A stretch of DNA of 64,000 bases from Balanoglossus misakiensis (lineage: Eukaryota; Animalia; Hemichordata): assembly GCA_040954595.2 (NCBI GenBank), contig CM082583.2, positions 2,242,925 to 2,306,924 of the forward strand, read 5' to 3'. The translations under genes and the position numbers were made by a program. Positions 13,742-25,727 of this stretch are shown here, piece after piece (positions within the stretch are counted from its first letter, which is position 1; each line of letters starts with the position of its first letter). The notes under the pieces were generated by a model. The model was not told the origin of the DNA, made no database searches, and saw only the letters and a program-made list of their open reading frames with translations.

Positions 13742-15057
13742 TAAGTCTTATTATTTTTTCCACATTATCAGTAAAAAATCTTCATTTCTGAAGTGATAGG
13801 CTGACTTCTTTGAAATTTAGTATGAAGCTTCTTACAGGTTGTCTGAGTTACCATATTTTTTTTCTTTAAATTGTTGCAAAACTGCATGTCAGAGTGCTTT
13901 GAAGTTTGAAATTTGTTAGGCGTGTTCCTAGAGGTAACCCCAAAAAGTTGCTGTAAAACAATTTGCGATATTTGCATAATTGCAAGATTGGTAAAAAATT
14001 TGCAATTTTTGTCAAAAATTGTTTTCTCTGAAACCGCTTGTCACATTGCTATAAACTATGGCAGCCATGTTCCTTGAGGTGATTGAAGATATTGTACAAT
14101 TATGGAGATATTTGCACATTTGTGTTTTTTTTGCCACTTTTGAACATTCAAATATTGTTTTCGGTGAAACTGATTGTTGGATTGCTTTTTGTAAATTTCT
14201 TTTTGGTTTATATCAAAACTTCTCCAAAACCAATTGTCCAGTTGCTTTGAAAGTTACTCTTTACAAGGAGTTGGTACCCCCAACTTAGACATGTTTACAT
14301 AACTTTAATAGGCCAGCTGTTACAGAGACCACCATCTATTAAATATTTTAAGAGTGAATGGCACTCAGTCAGTCAGTGAGCGTCTCTGTCTGTCTGTGTG
14401 TCTGCCTGTCTGTTACAGGGCTGACTGAAAGAAGTTGGTCATTATATGTGTTTGTACAGACAATTTTTGGTCAAAAACAATTTCGCCAATATTTTTCCGG
14501 AGTCCACAGCTAGTTCAGAAAATAAAAACTTAATAATGTGTAGTGGAGATGTCAAAGTTTATTCAAGGCAAACTGATAATGTGGGGCATGCTCCAAAATC
14601 TGAACAGACACCGAGCAACTCAGGTTGTGTGTCAAGCTAACTCGTGTAACGCGACTTATATGCTGCTTATATTCATCATTGGAAACCACAGGCGTCAGAA
14701 AAAATGCTTTGTTAGTATTCTGTACTGTAAAGTAGCTAAAATCGAAAAATCAACAGCTCAGATAATCTCCCCGTTTCACGTCATACGAGCGCTTACGCTA
14801 TGTTCAGTCCTTGCCATATACCCTACTAACACATAAAGAGATCTCTTTATGTGATAGTGGGGTAATTTCTTGACAGGTCATATTAGTGGCTCGGTATTTA
14901 TTCATGCTATGTATCTCTTGCTTTTTATTGCTCATCGCTGTTCGTTTTTGCTAATTACTTTCAAATTTGTATCTATCAAATTGTCATAGATGGCATGAGT
15001 CCGGTGATGGGCGGGAACTGCATGTGGTTATTTTTGGTCGTTATTGCTCCATATTAA

Positions 15058-15615
15058 AGGTACATGAGCTGCAACTTGATAAAAAATTCCACAATAAGAT
15101 AGGGTCATAGCTTAAAGGTACAATTTTATGAGCTGCAACTGGATAAAAAAATTAAAGTTTTAAATAATCTCATATATACTTTTAATTATGTCTATTAAAT
15201 GATATTTCATGATGATATATCAAGCTCAACACTTATTTATGACAAAATGGCCAAAAATTAAAGAAAAACGAAAATTCCTGCAATTGTTAAAAAAAGTGCA
15301 ATATTACAATGAAAAAGGAAAATATACTGTCACAGCAGTGTACATATACTTCCATGAGCTCAAGTGGATGAGATCATGTTTTGTTTATGAAGTTTCACAA
15401 CCGGAAATGCAACATTTTCATTGTTACTTGCTTTTTCCCACGGTGGCGGCAAAGCTTTATTATTTATCTGGTTAAAACTTGCATATGCACTCATATTTAG
15501 GGTTTATAATGCTTACAAGTGTATAGTTCACTGCCTTCATCTGCATGGACTAATGGTAGTACAGTTTGAAACAAAAATTATGATAATTATCCCAAAAGTT
15601 GCAGCTTATGTGAAT
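15058..15615. mobile_element. TTAA-flanked non-autonomous element (Kolobok-like)
   Basis: TTAA|AGGTACATGAGCTGCAACT ... AGTTGCAGCTTATGTGAAT|TTAA. The left end is partly duplicated at ~15112. Confidence 0.5.
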
Positions 15616-15900
15616 TTAATCATTCTATCTATTTCAAGTTCATTATTGGTCATTACTGTAGGTTCTGCTCATTACAAGTTTTAGAAACACCTGGTTTTGT
15701 TGGCACATGATTCAACATTACACACAACATGTGTCCCTTTTGTGTAACAGACAATATTATTGTTTTGGGATGATTTACAACTATATGCACAGATTCAGTG
15801 TGTAAGGTTGGCTGATCCACAGTTTAAACTCAAAATGATTAAATCATACCAACAAAATGCCAAGATGTAAAGGTCACACAGGGGTCAAGATTCACCGTAC

Positions 15901-16032
15901 CTTTCAGCAGCATCTTTCCACCACGTTTTCAACACTCTGGCTTTTTGGCTGAAAGCGGTCAGCGCCTCAACCATTTGTTCGAAATGTTGGTGGTACTCGT
16001 TCTTGGCTTTTTCATGCTGCAGATTATCCCAG
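15901..16032 (-). CDS. Candidate internal exon (132 nt, phase 2-2): WDNLQHEKAKNEYHQHFEQMVEALTAFSQKARVLKTWWKDAAE
   Basis: Acceptor tttctttcag, donor AAG|gtacgg. Stop-free and helical-looking. Phase-compatible with the exons on both sides. Confidence 0.55.
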
Positions 16033-16068
16033 CTGAAAGAAACCCAAGACAGTACAACATTAGAGATA

Positions 16069-16656
16069 CTGTAAAACATGTTATTTTCGCGAGTTGAATT
16101 TTTTTGCGATATCGAGAGAGGCCACTGTTACGCGAGAATTAATTTTCGCGTTCTCATGCACATTGTTCTTTCACAATTATATTTTTGCTCTCCCGTATTT
16201 CGCTTAAATTTATTGCTCGCGAAAATAACCTGTTCTCACACTCCTGGCAGGCTGGGAGTGTGAGAACAGAGTGTGAGAACAAATTGTTCTCACACTCTCA
16301 CTGAATCGAAAGCTGTATATGACGCAAGCGCTGATTGGTTGACAAAGCATTATTTTGGTACGCGCGCTAAAAGTTATCCAATGGCGCGATGTGTATTACA
16401 GGGACAGAGACTACAACGTGTCCCCAGACGACAGTTCCAGCGTCATTTATTCAATGTTTTTAACGAATTAGGCTAATTTGTGACCGTGTGAGAAAAATAA
16501 TCTCACACACCAAGGACCTGGGATCATATTTCTCACACTCGTCAGAGATATTCTGTCCCACACTCGCCTGCGGCTCATGTGGGACATAAAATCCCCAACT
16601 CGTGTGAGAAATACGATCCCAGGACCTTGGGAGTGTGAAATTCTATTGTTCCACAG
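16069..16656. mobile_element. TA-flanked MITE interrupted by a second small element (~16235-16646)
   Basis: TA|CTGTAAAACATGTTATTTTCGCG ... CGCGAAAATAACCTGTT[insert]CCACAG|TA. The insert is flanked by TGTT (16231-16234, 16647-16650) and is rich in TCTCACAC/GTGTGAGA inverted motifs. Confidence 0.5.
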
Positions 16657-17276
16657 TAGTTGATAATATGCACAAGACTCATGGGCTCAAACTGACTCAT
16701 ATTTCAGACCACGTTATTTTTTTTTTTTCATTTGGGTTCAATTTGACGACCTCATCCGTATTTTCCTGGGTGATGCAACTCTGTCCACAACTCAGAGCAT
16801 TTTCACTGCTTTAATTCCTTTTTTTTACAATTAGTGACTGTTGACAAAATTACTACCACATAATTAGACCGTTTGATTTTGGTTGGCACAAAAACTCTAA
16901 GACCATGTTCCTTTTGGGTGTACATTATTTTTGAACTGCTTGAGGCTGGGCCGACCAGTCATGCAGTACATGATGACTACAATACTGTCATGAGATACCA
17001 CATGTACAATGTGCAAATCTTATGAGTGTGCTCTGATTGAAATGAAAATTGTGTCCTGCAAAATATAATGGGCCATCGGAAGCAGAAAGAGGTCTGCGAT
17101 ACTTATGACCATAAGACCCTTCTCTGCTTGGGATGGCCCAAATGTGACTGCAATATTAGAGTACATACCACATAATCAGACCGCTGAATTTTTGTTGGCA
17201 GAAAGGTGCCACTGTAGTATATCATGTACCGGTATATTCAACTTTACAAATATATCCCAGTGTACGCCACACCTAC

Positions 17277-17471
17277 CTTGTCTCCTGCTGGAGTGTTTCA
17301 AACATTTGCGCCAATTTCGTGAAATCCATCAACATGGCCTCATTCTGTTCAATCTAATTGGATTTTTAATCGTGCTTGTTGCTTAAGAAGAAGCATTTTA
17401 CGGCTGCAGAAGATCTCTGTTATTTCTTCTATCGTGAACTTATCTTTGGCGTGTTGACTCTTGTGCAGAAC
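17277..17471 (-). CDS. Candidate exon (195 nt); coding part MLMDFTKLAQMFETLQQET from ATG 17335, or a frameshifted longer exon
   Basis: Acceptor (T)n-cctcag at 17472, donor AAG|gtaggt at 17276. Its 3' part is in frame with exon 16032-15901 and has GCCATG context. The 5' part is open only in a different frame. Confidence 0.45.
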
Positions 17472-17671
17472 CTGAGGAAAAAAAAAAAAAAAGTGTAAAA
17501 TATTGCCTGTAGAAGAGGTGTTTCCAGTAGTCTCGTTCCTGGCTGTGTCAGCTAAAAGGCAAGGGTCAGGTATGGGCTGCCGTCTTGCACAAATTTCTGT
17601 CCAGCCATGCCCAAGATGACTGCTTCCAACGTTTGCACACAGGTACTGTCAAAGTCAGGTGCACCACACAA

Positions 17672-18597
17672 GATCCATCCATCCCATCCCATCCCATCCA
17701 TCCATCTATCCATACATACATACATGTACATACATACATGCATGCATGTGTACGCACGCACGCACACACACATGCACGCACGCACATACATACATCCATC
17801 CATCCATCGATACATACATACATACATCCATCCATCCATACATACATACATACAAACATACATACATACATACATACCAGGGCTTGCGTTTGATATTTAA
17901 TTTTTTACATGCAGTGCACGCAAAGAGCCAAAAAAAATTGCGTGAAATTGTATTTGAATTACGTGCAACAAAATAGCGATAGACAAAGCAGGCTTTCAGA
18001 TAATGAGTTCTCCCTTCATGTCTAGACGGTCCAACACAAAAAAAAATCTTCAAGGAAAATGACCGGGAAGCCCTACTTACTTTTTTATATCTACATGTAA
18101 TGGTTTCTGCGTGCATAAATTATAGGGCCGACACGTGCCAAGTTTGTCGCCTAGGTTACCGCACATACATTACTGTGCGTCCTGCTACAGCATACAAGCG
18201 CGCGTATGCCTACATGTGTACAGGGCGCCCAACCGACCAACCTTGAAAAGGCACCCCATATAGCCTCGCCTGATGTTATCTTTCAATGGATTTTTTTGCG
18301 TGCATGTCACGCAACTGTGACAAAATATTTGCATGCACACATTGTAGTTTTGCGTGAAAACGCAAGAAATAGACGTGAACGCGAGCCCTACATACATACA
18401 TACATACATATATACATACATACATACATACATACATACATACATACATGCATGCATGCAAACATACATACATGCATGCAAACATACACACACATAAATG
18501 CGTAAGTACATACATACATACATACATACATACGTCCATACATATATACGTCCATACATACATACATTCATACATACATACATGCATACATGCATGA
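17672..18597. repeat. (CATA/CATC)n microsatellite split by a MITE
   Basis: TACA/TCCA tetranucleotide runs at ~17672-17877 and ~18390-18597. Confidence 0.9.
17878..18390. mobile_element. hAT-like MITE inserted in the microsatellite
   Basis: Ends CAGGGCTTGCGTT / AACGCGAGCCCTA. The TSD is obscured by the flanking CATA repeat. Confidence 0.5.
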
Positions 18598-19904
18598 TAT
18601 TGATATTGTATATTTTTCAAGAAGATATCTGAAACTTCTACCTTCCAAGGTATTAAGAACTCACTGATTTTATTCTGTGTGACTTTTAACAGTTCAATTC
18701 TATCATAAATATCACCAAAACTACATGCTTATAATGCATGCAGTTCATGTCATGCAAACATGCCCCTTGAAAAATTATTCAAGCACTTTGAGCAGCCATT
18801 TTTGTTTTATGTTATTTTTATTCTATTAGTTTGCCTTTTCACTAATCATATTTATTTTTTTTTCTGGTCGAACTGATGGAGTGATTACGGTAAATTCATA
18901 CATACACACACATACTACATAGTACATACACACACAAATACATACATACATAAATTGCCATAACAGTTTAATGTGCTCATACTTACGAAAACACAACACA
19001 CCTCTGCTAAAACACTACAGCAACTGTGATCAGCAGCCATTGCCAGTTAACCTCATAGAGCTGGAAGGTAAAAATACAACTGATAAGTGATAATGCACCT
19101 CTATACCAAATACAGATCTTACACATATTGAAATTTTGCATAATATTGTAGCACTTTAAAGTGAAGGGGTCAGCGCGCTGCGATTGTTTGTTGATAGACA
19201 TTAGAATTCACCTTCAAATCCCTGAAATTAAATAATTCCTAGAATGAACGAAGCAGCCAACCGTAGCATAGACTGGGCATGGCAGCAACTGAAGATCCTG
19301 GTTGTGGTGACTACAGTGAGGTTTGTGCTGGTATATGAAGGGATATATTCTCATCAAGGGGGACACCCACCCGATGACCGCTTCCCTTTAAACATTGTAT
19401 GAAAGCACACGTCAGAACAACCAAAGCTACTTACATTGGGCTTTTCTGGGGGTTCATCTGGAGGATCTCTTGCCTAGTTCAAATTATACAAAAAAAAATA
19501 GAATTAGCAAATCCTTGAAACTGAAATGTTGAAAACTGTCAATGTCATGCCATTTCGGTCAATGACACATTTACTGAGCATAGAATGATGGATCAAGGTA
19601 CATTATAAAACCCAAGATAAGCACATTTTTAGGACCACAAATAGTTGATCCAAGTTACAAATGGACTTCAAATTATTACTTTAAAATTTTGTTGATCAAA
19701 GTCAGAGTAAATGAAGTCCAATAACCCGTACCATAATACTTGAATGTGTTATTAGTTTTAGGGGATAAATATATAATTTACTCGAAAATTATAATTATGC
19801 AAATTTTCCGACAAAAATACCAATATTTCCTTTATGTTGCTTTTACTGTTGATGCTCGTGAGCCTATACAGGTTGTTCAAATTTAAAAACATTGTCATAG
19901 CCAA

Positions 19905-19918
19905 CCACTAGAGGGCGC
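19905..19918 (+). promoter_or_regulatory. CTCF-like binding motif
   Basis: CCACTAGAGGGCGC matches the CTCF core consensus. Motif match only. Confidence 0.35.
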
Positions 19919-21173
19919 TGTTATGTATTTGAATGCCCATGAATGTGCAACTCGATCGTGCAGTACACCCATGTAACAAATAGCCTTCTCAGGCACTCAT
20001 AAAATTCATACTAGTATTAGCTACATCCCCATTTGCCAGAATGTAGCACAAATTCGTTTGCTTCCATCATTGCAGAATCAGATTGAACAATGCTTAAAAA
20101 CTTGGACAGAAAACATCAGTAAGACAACAAATGATTTGTTACATTAAGTCTGTACAATATGGCTACAGTTACATTCATGATTGCCATGGCATAAAGGTTA
20201 GAACTATCATGATCAGTGGTTCCGTTAATGCAAAATCCTGCGCATTTCAAAATGTCAGACCATAATTACACAAAGATAATGAAGGATGCATACACCGCAA
20301 GTGCAAATTTGCAAATTGTATTCAGCGAGGCTTACAAGATACAAATAATGCAGAAATGCACAGAAATGTTACAATTTTCACTCAGGCAACATGACATTCA
20401 TAGATCAAACTTTGTAATAATGTACCGGTACGGTGGTGTTCTATTCAGGCTTTCAAATGCCTACCCACTTGAGGCAAGATTGTTATATTTATGCAAAGTA
20501 AATTCTGAATGCATATTGAAGTATGCAAAGGAAAAATAATCGAACAGAACCTCTGTATCATGTGATTGAACTTGTATGAACATGCAGGATGACAGACATA
20601 GGAGGACAGACACTCACTTATTGATATGCCAACTTTAAAAGCACATAGTCACTTGCGCCATGTGTGAACAAAATGTGTTTGGCTATTTCTGGGTTACAGA
20701 TATGGAAAGAGAATTCAGTTTCAGGTGATCTACAATTGTTGTAAATTACTTACCATGCATCGCAACAAGTCCAATCTTCCCTCTCTAGCACCTAACTGGC
20801 GCTGCCTACACCTAACTCTCTGTGAATGAAATGGGAAGAATTACTCATCACGGATTATAAAAGACACTTTCAGGAATTGCAGCATGGTGGCAATTATCAA
20901 AGTCATTAGTCTAAATGCTCAAAGTTTTTATTTTGAAGCAATGATATGGGGGAACAGGGTGGTGCACAGTACAAAATCATTATGTATATCCCTAACAGTG
21001 CCAAGTCAGTATGAACTGGTTTGATTTCCAAGGTGCCTAGAATCCAGGCTCCCAGGTCTGTTAGACTGCCAAGTGCGTGTTAATCAGTAGGGCCTATACA
21101 AGACCCTCAGACCAATACAGTCAGTGCAAACCAGTGCGATTTAGTACATTTTACAGGGGGCTCAGACTGCCAA

Positions 21174-23140
21174 CAGTCTTCGGACTGAGCGCGATTCCCA
21201 TTATCAAAACACCGCAAAGCATGCTGGGAAATTTCAGCACTCATTGACCTCTGTTATGGCGGCCAAGAACCCAGCGTACGTGGAGAGATTTCAATCCAAT
21301 TTTTTTCCATGTTTTGAGAGTACTTGACAGATTTCGTTATCTTTGTGAAAATTATTGAAATAAAGCAATAAGAGAATCAAAGAGATGAATTCGGTAGATT
21401 TGCAAAAAAAAAAATAAAAGAGTTACCTTTGACCCCTTCTATTTTAGCCTTCAGAGGCATATACCAACTTTGATTTTTTGTGCCTTTTCATCCAAAGCTT
21501 CAATGGACGAGAAAAAACGTGGTATATACTCTATTTCATTAGAACTTTGTTGGAAACTATCGTATATCATGATCAACGACTGAATAGAGACTGTGGGACG
21601 TCTCCAATTGTTGTTGTTAAATTGGCGATTTTGTAGCAAAATACCGTGATTTTGCCGTGTCGTAGTAAAAAAAATCCAGACGCAAATGTCATGCAGAGTG
21701 TTTATTTTAATCACTCATCACCTCTTATGCTCATTTTTTCGTCCAGAACATCTTGCCCGTAAATTCCACACTTTCTGACAGGGTCTTCCTGGCACACACT
21801 GTTTTTGGGTGAAAATGCAGTGATTTGTTTGATTTTTTGTGCCTTTTCATCCAAAGAGTGAAAACTATTCAAACTCGAATTTCTGAGGTCATAGATACTG
21901 TATTGTTATCATACGAACCTATTTTAGCTAGTGCTAAGCCTCTAAAAAAAATATGCAGCCACTCGAAGTGAGGCGTAAAACGTAGTTTGTCGATATTTTG
22001 GTTATGAATGTTTGTGGGCCTTCAATCAATAATTTATCAGATACGACCGTCCGCAGTGCCCAAAATACTTACGATACATGTTGTTATTTCGTAATCACAC
22101 CGATCGAACACAGATACCTCATGTGGATACAAGCACCATGTCGTTTTTCAACGGTTTTGTGAATTTAACACCAATTTCAAGGGAAGTACTTGCAGTCATG
22201 TATCCCGCAATCAGCCAAAATAAGACTCCAACAGCGAAAAAAGAGACGCATCTGGAACAAACACGCATATTTACTTCCTCTGACTTCCGTAAGAACCGCG
22301 ATTACATGCAGAATTACCCCACTAGAGCCCATGTGTGTACCCTAATCACATGAGTCAGTCTCTGACACAGAGATATCAACGCCCCTTTCATGACGTTCAA
22401 GCCTGATGACAGCATCATTGATCAATGGGTGGGTAGATATACTCATAACTGACATGATCTTATATATAAATATTCAGATATTTGTTTACAACAAACTTAG
22501 ATGTATCTAAAGCGTGAAGCATTGCCTTTCTTGGCGGGAGATTGACGCATGTTGTTTACGTTACCATGGCGCCATAGAAATAGTAACGCTATTTAGCATA
22601 TCACGTGCACTAAATGACACCCACTGGTTGGCGTATTCAAAAGGTCATAAAATTTTGGGGTCATCAGTCGGCAGACTGAAAGTCATTGAGGAATTGTGGT
22701 TTCACGTCATTCAATTGAGGTTCATTGGTCAGAGAAAGTCGTCTGGGAGTCGGCAGGTTTCGCTGCTTGCTGCATATGCTGAAATATTGCACCAGCACCA
22801 TTTTAGCAACCACGATCTGTCAAATTTTGGTCAGTTCCATAGGCATTGCCATGCAATTGCAGTGCGGGGCTGGTTAATTCAAGTGTTGATGTTTTTTCTG
22901 AGTTAATTTTTGTAAAAAAATCACGTCGGTTTTTGGATTTGTCACAGCGAGTAAGGAACTTAATGTCAGTTCTTTGTTAAAAGCTAAGCTCGCTGGATTT
23001 TTTTCTGTTGGAGACACTGCGACTTGTAATTTTTGTTTCCGACCGTAATTGTCCGGACACTCGACAGCGTAGTCAGCCTTTTTGAATACTTAATGAGTGA
23101 TAATGGACACGCCCACTTTGCGCGCTCAGTCCGAAGACTG
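21174..23140. mobile_element. Non-autonomous DNA transposon with 3-bp TSD (Academ-like)
   Basis: Perfect 20-bp TIR CAGTCTTCGGACTGAGCGCG (21174-21193 / 23121-23140). CAA direct repeat at 21171-21173 and 23141-23143. Superfamily is inferred from YR termini and the 3-bp TSD. Confidence 0.65.
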
Positions 23141-23509
23141 CAAGTGTGTCTAAGTATGTATGAGAGCCATGTCAAGACAGTCAAAATATGTTATATACTA
23201 GGTCACATGATATTATGGCCATTAAAAGAATCAATTTTTTACCCCATTTTACTTTAGAAAAATGCTGGCTGATTGCTGGTTGCCATGAGTGTATCACTTG
23301 AGAAGACTTTGCAGTATTGTTCAAGAGAGTGTTGGCAGTCTATGGTGTGACAATCCATGACAAAATTACAACTCCTCATTTTGCTGTTCTTATTTCTATT
23401 CAACATTCCATTTCTTAGTTCAAAATTTGATTTCAAAATTCAACATTCCATTTTTCAGTGCAACGATTCGATTTCACAACTTTGACTTACAGATAGTCGG
23501 ATTGAATCT

Positions 23510-23653
23510 GGCGTCTGCGTATTCACGTATGTAGAATTTCTTCATTCAGAATTAGGATTTTTACATTGTCAGCATAATTGGGATTTTGCATAGTCAGCGA
23601 CATTCAGAAATCTGTTCCAACAGAAATTCTACATGCGTGAATACGCAGACTCC
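23510..23653. mobile_element. Small hairpin MITE (144 bp)
   Basis: 32-bp inverted repeat GGCGTCTGCGTATTCACGTATGTAGAATTTCT with 2 mismatches. No clear TSD. Confidence 0.5.
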
Positions 23654-23754
23654 TTGATAAAATTGTCATCAACTTCTCGGTTATCGGTAATATTAAATCC
23701 CAAACTAAATATATTTGTTTGTGAATTCTAAATTGTATTTCAAAATTAACTTAC

Positions 23755-23822
23755 CTTATAGCTCTCTTCGGTTCGCTGGAGCCGGATTGTTCTGAACTTT
23801 GCGGAATGGTATTACCACATAT
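23755..23822 (-). other. Candidate 68-nt exon
   Basis: (T)n-ag acceptor and AAG|gtaagt donor on the minus strand. One open frame: ICGNTIPQSSEQSGSSEPKRAI. Confidence 0.35.
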
Positions 23823-25727
23823 CTAAAAAAAAAATAATGAAATGACATCAAGGATGATAAATAACAAATTTCATTATTTCAAATAAAGTGGAATCATACC
23901 ACAGGTCTGTTTCCTCGTTTTCATGTAAGCTTACTTGCAAATTAAATATTGATAGCGGTGTCAATTGTCCAGGTCTGAGACAGTAAATTGTACTAGTTTA
24001 CTGGTTATAATGAGGAATTACAGGCCCACCATTATAATCACAACTTGAAGCTGTCTAAGAGAGCGAACATTATTTATTTAGGGCCTGAAGAGGTGTTGGA
24101 AGAATTTCACCAGTCACATATGCATGCCAAACCAGGCCTGTTGCTGGATTATAACCAAAGGTGTAAACATACAGTTACTGCAGCCCCATCGCGACCATCG
24201 ATCGTGCCATGTGCCTTTGCTCACAAGGTTAAACCTCGAGCTACGGTTCTGCAGTTGCGTTTGGGTTTAGTCGTGTATCACATCATATCGTGGCTGAAAA
24301 CTGTATTCTACCTGTCTCATCATTGCTTGGACCATGACTCCTTGATTCAGCTCGACATGACTCAAGTAGAAGACACAATAAATCAATATAAATATTACTT
24401 CTGGTCGATGCACCGACACTCGAGTGTCATGGCGCTCGAGTGCTTTTGTGACAGGCCAAAGGTCAACCCTGTTGAGGGCGTGCTCCGGTTATAATATTAT
24501 AATACTGTACTATAAAAATAATTTTCAAGTTGAAAATGAACTGCGGACGGGAACGTGGGCCTGCACTGGTCGATACCATATTATTTATGAGATTGTCAAT
24601 GCCGACAACCTAGTTTAATATGTGTGTCTGCAAAATAGTCCGAGTAAGGCTACAAAGTGAAACGAACTGCACCACACAGTCATTGCAGCTTGTTCAACGC
24701 CAGAAAATTAAAATACAAACAGCTGGCAGAAAACTTGGTGTGTTTTCGTTTGGATATTCTAAGAATGGAAAACATATCGCTCGAGGGCACTAGCTGAGCT
24801 CCGTCATCATTCAGTGTATGTGAAAAATAGCCCTAAAGTATAGAGGAGTGACACTATAAAAATAATGGCGGCTGGACAGCGAAAGACACTAATAAATATT
24901 TCCAAACGTGGTTAGCAGAAAAGTGGAGTTCGCTCATTTGTCAATTGTGGCAAATGCTGTAGACACGGAGCAAGTACGCGAGAATACTAATGCGAGAATA
25001 TTCGTAAAATTAAAAGTCTTGTCACTTCTCTTTAGAAGTTGCTGGTTGTTTATTCTCCTTACTAAGCATTTTTTCGATCGCTAATAAATTGCATGGGGTT
25101 AAAACGTGCTTGGTTTTGAAATTCAAGGCCGTGAGATTAGTCGATCATAATGAAAATAAAAACTACCGAGGCAACAATTTTCTGTTGTCCCCATGGGTGA
25201 ACATATCTCGAAATTGAGCGCGTTGGCTATTCAATTGTTGTCTACCATTCAATTTTAATTCATTTGACTGAGTTATGTGTAGACTAGCTCTGTGGGGGAC
25301 GGAGAGCAGCGTAGACCCAAACAGCGCATAAGTCCAGAGCTATGTGTAGACCTAAACGTTCATGAAAATGACAATAGCAGACGCGGGTTTTCCTATGGGA
25401 AAAGACAAATTGAAAGCGCTTGTACAGATTGTAATTTATACTCGGTTGGCTGCTGTCTTCCACGTGGATCTATTCATGGTGTAAGGTGTGCCTCAATACT
25501 TTCTATTTCATTCGACGCTAATGTTTAGACCATGTAATTAGTTCTACTGTATGGAGATAGTCAATTATAGAGGCCCTGGTCTGCCTTTAGGGTTCATGTA
25601 AATCTCTTGACATTCTTATGATAGCAATTGGTCCGACTTGCTGCTTTGAACCATGTATTGTTTTGGCATTGCTGCACTCAATGTCGAATACGCCCGGCTG
25701 CGATTATTCCAACACGTAGGCCTAACT

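Noticed and set aside
17552-18620. MYVC/HTYI-type ORFs
   Set aside because: Translations of the CATA microsatellite.
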